Shown in pieces: positions 63,504-64,000 of a stretch of DNA of 64,000 nt. Source of the DNA: Lama glama. Taxonomy: Eukaryota. The notes beneath the pieces were generated by a model. The model did not search any database and was not told the origin of the DNA. It saw only the letters and a program-made list of their open reading frames with translations. Where the stretch lies: positions 103,728,001 to 103,792,000 of the forward strand of contig CM052817.1 of NCBI GenBank assembly GCA_028534125.1. Direction: 5' to 3'. The position numbers were made by a program, and so were the translations under genes. How positions within the stretch are numbered: position 1 is the first letter of the stretch; each line of letters starts with the position of its first letter.

Positions 63504-64000
63504 GTATGGCAGCTGGATAGCTGCTCAATTTGGCAAATTGAGAAAATGCAGTGCTTGGGGTGCCCTTGGCCCTCCTCTTGGGTGCCCACCCCTCCAACTC
63601 TTGAAGCTGGCTCCTCCCTTTTCCATTCCCCAGCCCCTTCTCTTCCTCTGCTTCAGGATTCTTCTCTCTCTGAGAAGCTAATGCTCATTCGGGAGTTAAG
63701 GATCTCACATTACCTCTTCATTTCCATCATATATGAAGGCGGTACTAAGACAGCAATATTCAACCCAAAGAAATAGGACTCGAGTATTCAGGCTCCTGGG
63801 ATGGATACGTGTCCTTTCAACCATATTATGTAGGCAATGACAGACTCTATTTGTCTGAGGGTCTTTAAAGAGGGTCTCGCTATGAAATAGATCATCCTGG
63901 AGCCCTGATAAGCACACTGAATACTGAATGTAAAGGAGGCTCCCAATTTCCCACTCCGATCCCCGTGCTGTGCTGGTGTAGTCACCCCCCCAGTTGCTTA

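Noticed and set aside
1..64000. Prokaryote-type systems (CRISPR, operons, defence islands) and the remaining 60-150 aa ORFs
   Set aside because: The sequence is mammalian, with no spaced repeat array. The short ORFs lie mostly in repeats, often start at non-ATG codons and resemble no protein I know other than L1.

Overview
Mammalian nuclear DNA, very likely camelid, judged from three copies of a tRNA-derived Vic-1-like SINE and cetartiodactyl-type L1 ends. The window is repeat-rich and looks intergenic or deep-intronic, with three assembly gaps (16997-17096, 27279-27778, 58336-58835). I recognise no host protein-coding gene, and the only identifiable coding sequence is degraded L1 ORF1/ORF2. 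Most of the window is L1, L2, MIR, MaLR/ERVL/ERV1 LTRs and DNA-transposon MITEs. The most interesting signal is a set of unusual L1-mediated retroposition products, each bounded by a target-site duplication (TSD). (1) A 347-bp 'mini-L1' joins the first ~160 nt of the 5'UTR to the 3'UTR tail at an AG, like a spliced L1. (2) A second L1 has a short 5'UTR that diverges at the same ~160-nt position and may carry a 262-bp 5' transduction. (3) A polyadenylated ERV 3' end appears to lack U5. (4) A 369-bp orphan insertion sits inside an L1. There is also a perfect 18-bp hairpin, three same-orientation solo LTRs of one family, and a few candidate + strand exons. Repeat family names are from recall of consensus sequences, not from a search, and boundaries of old repeats are approximate.
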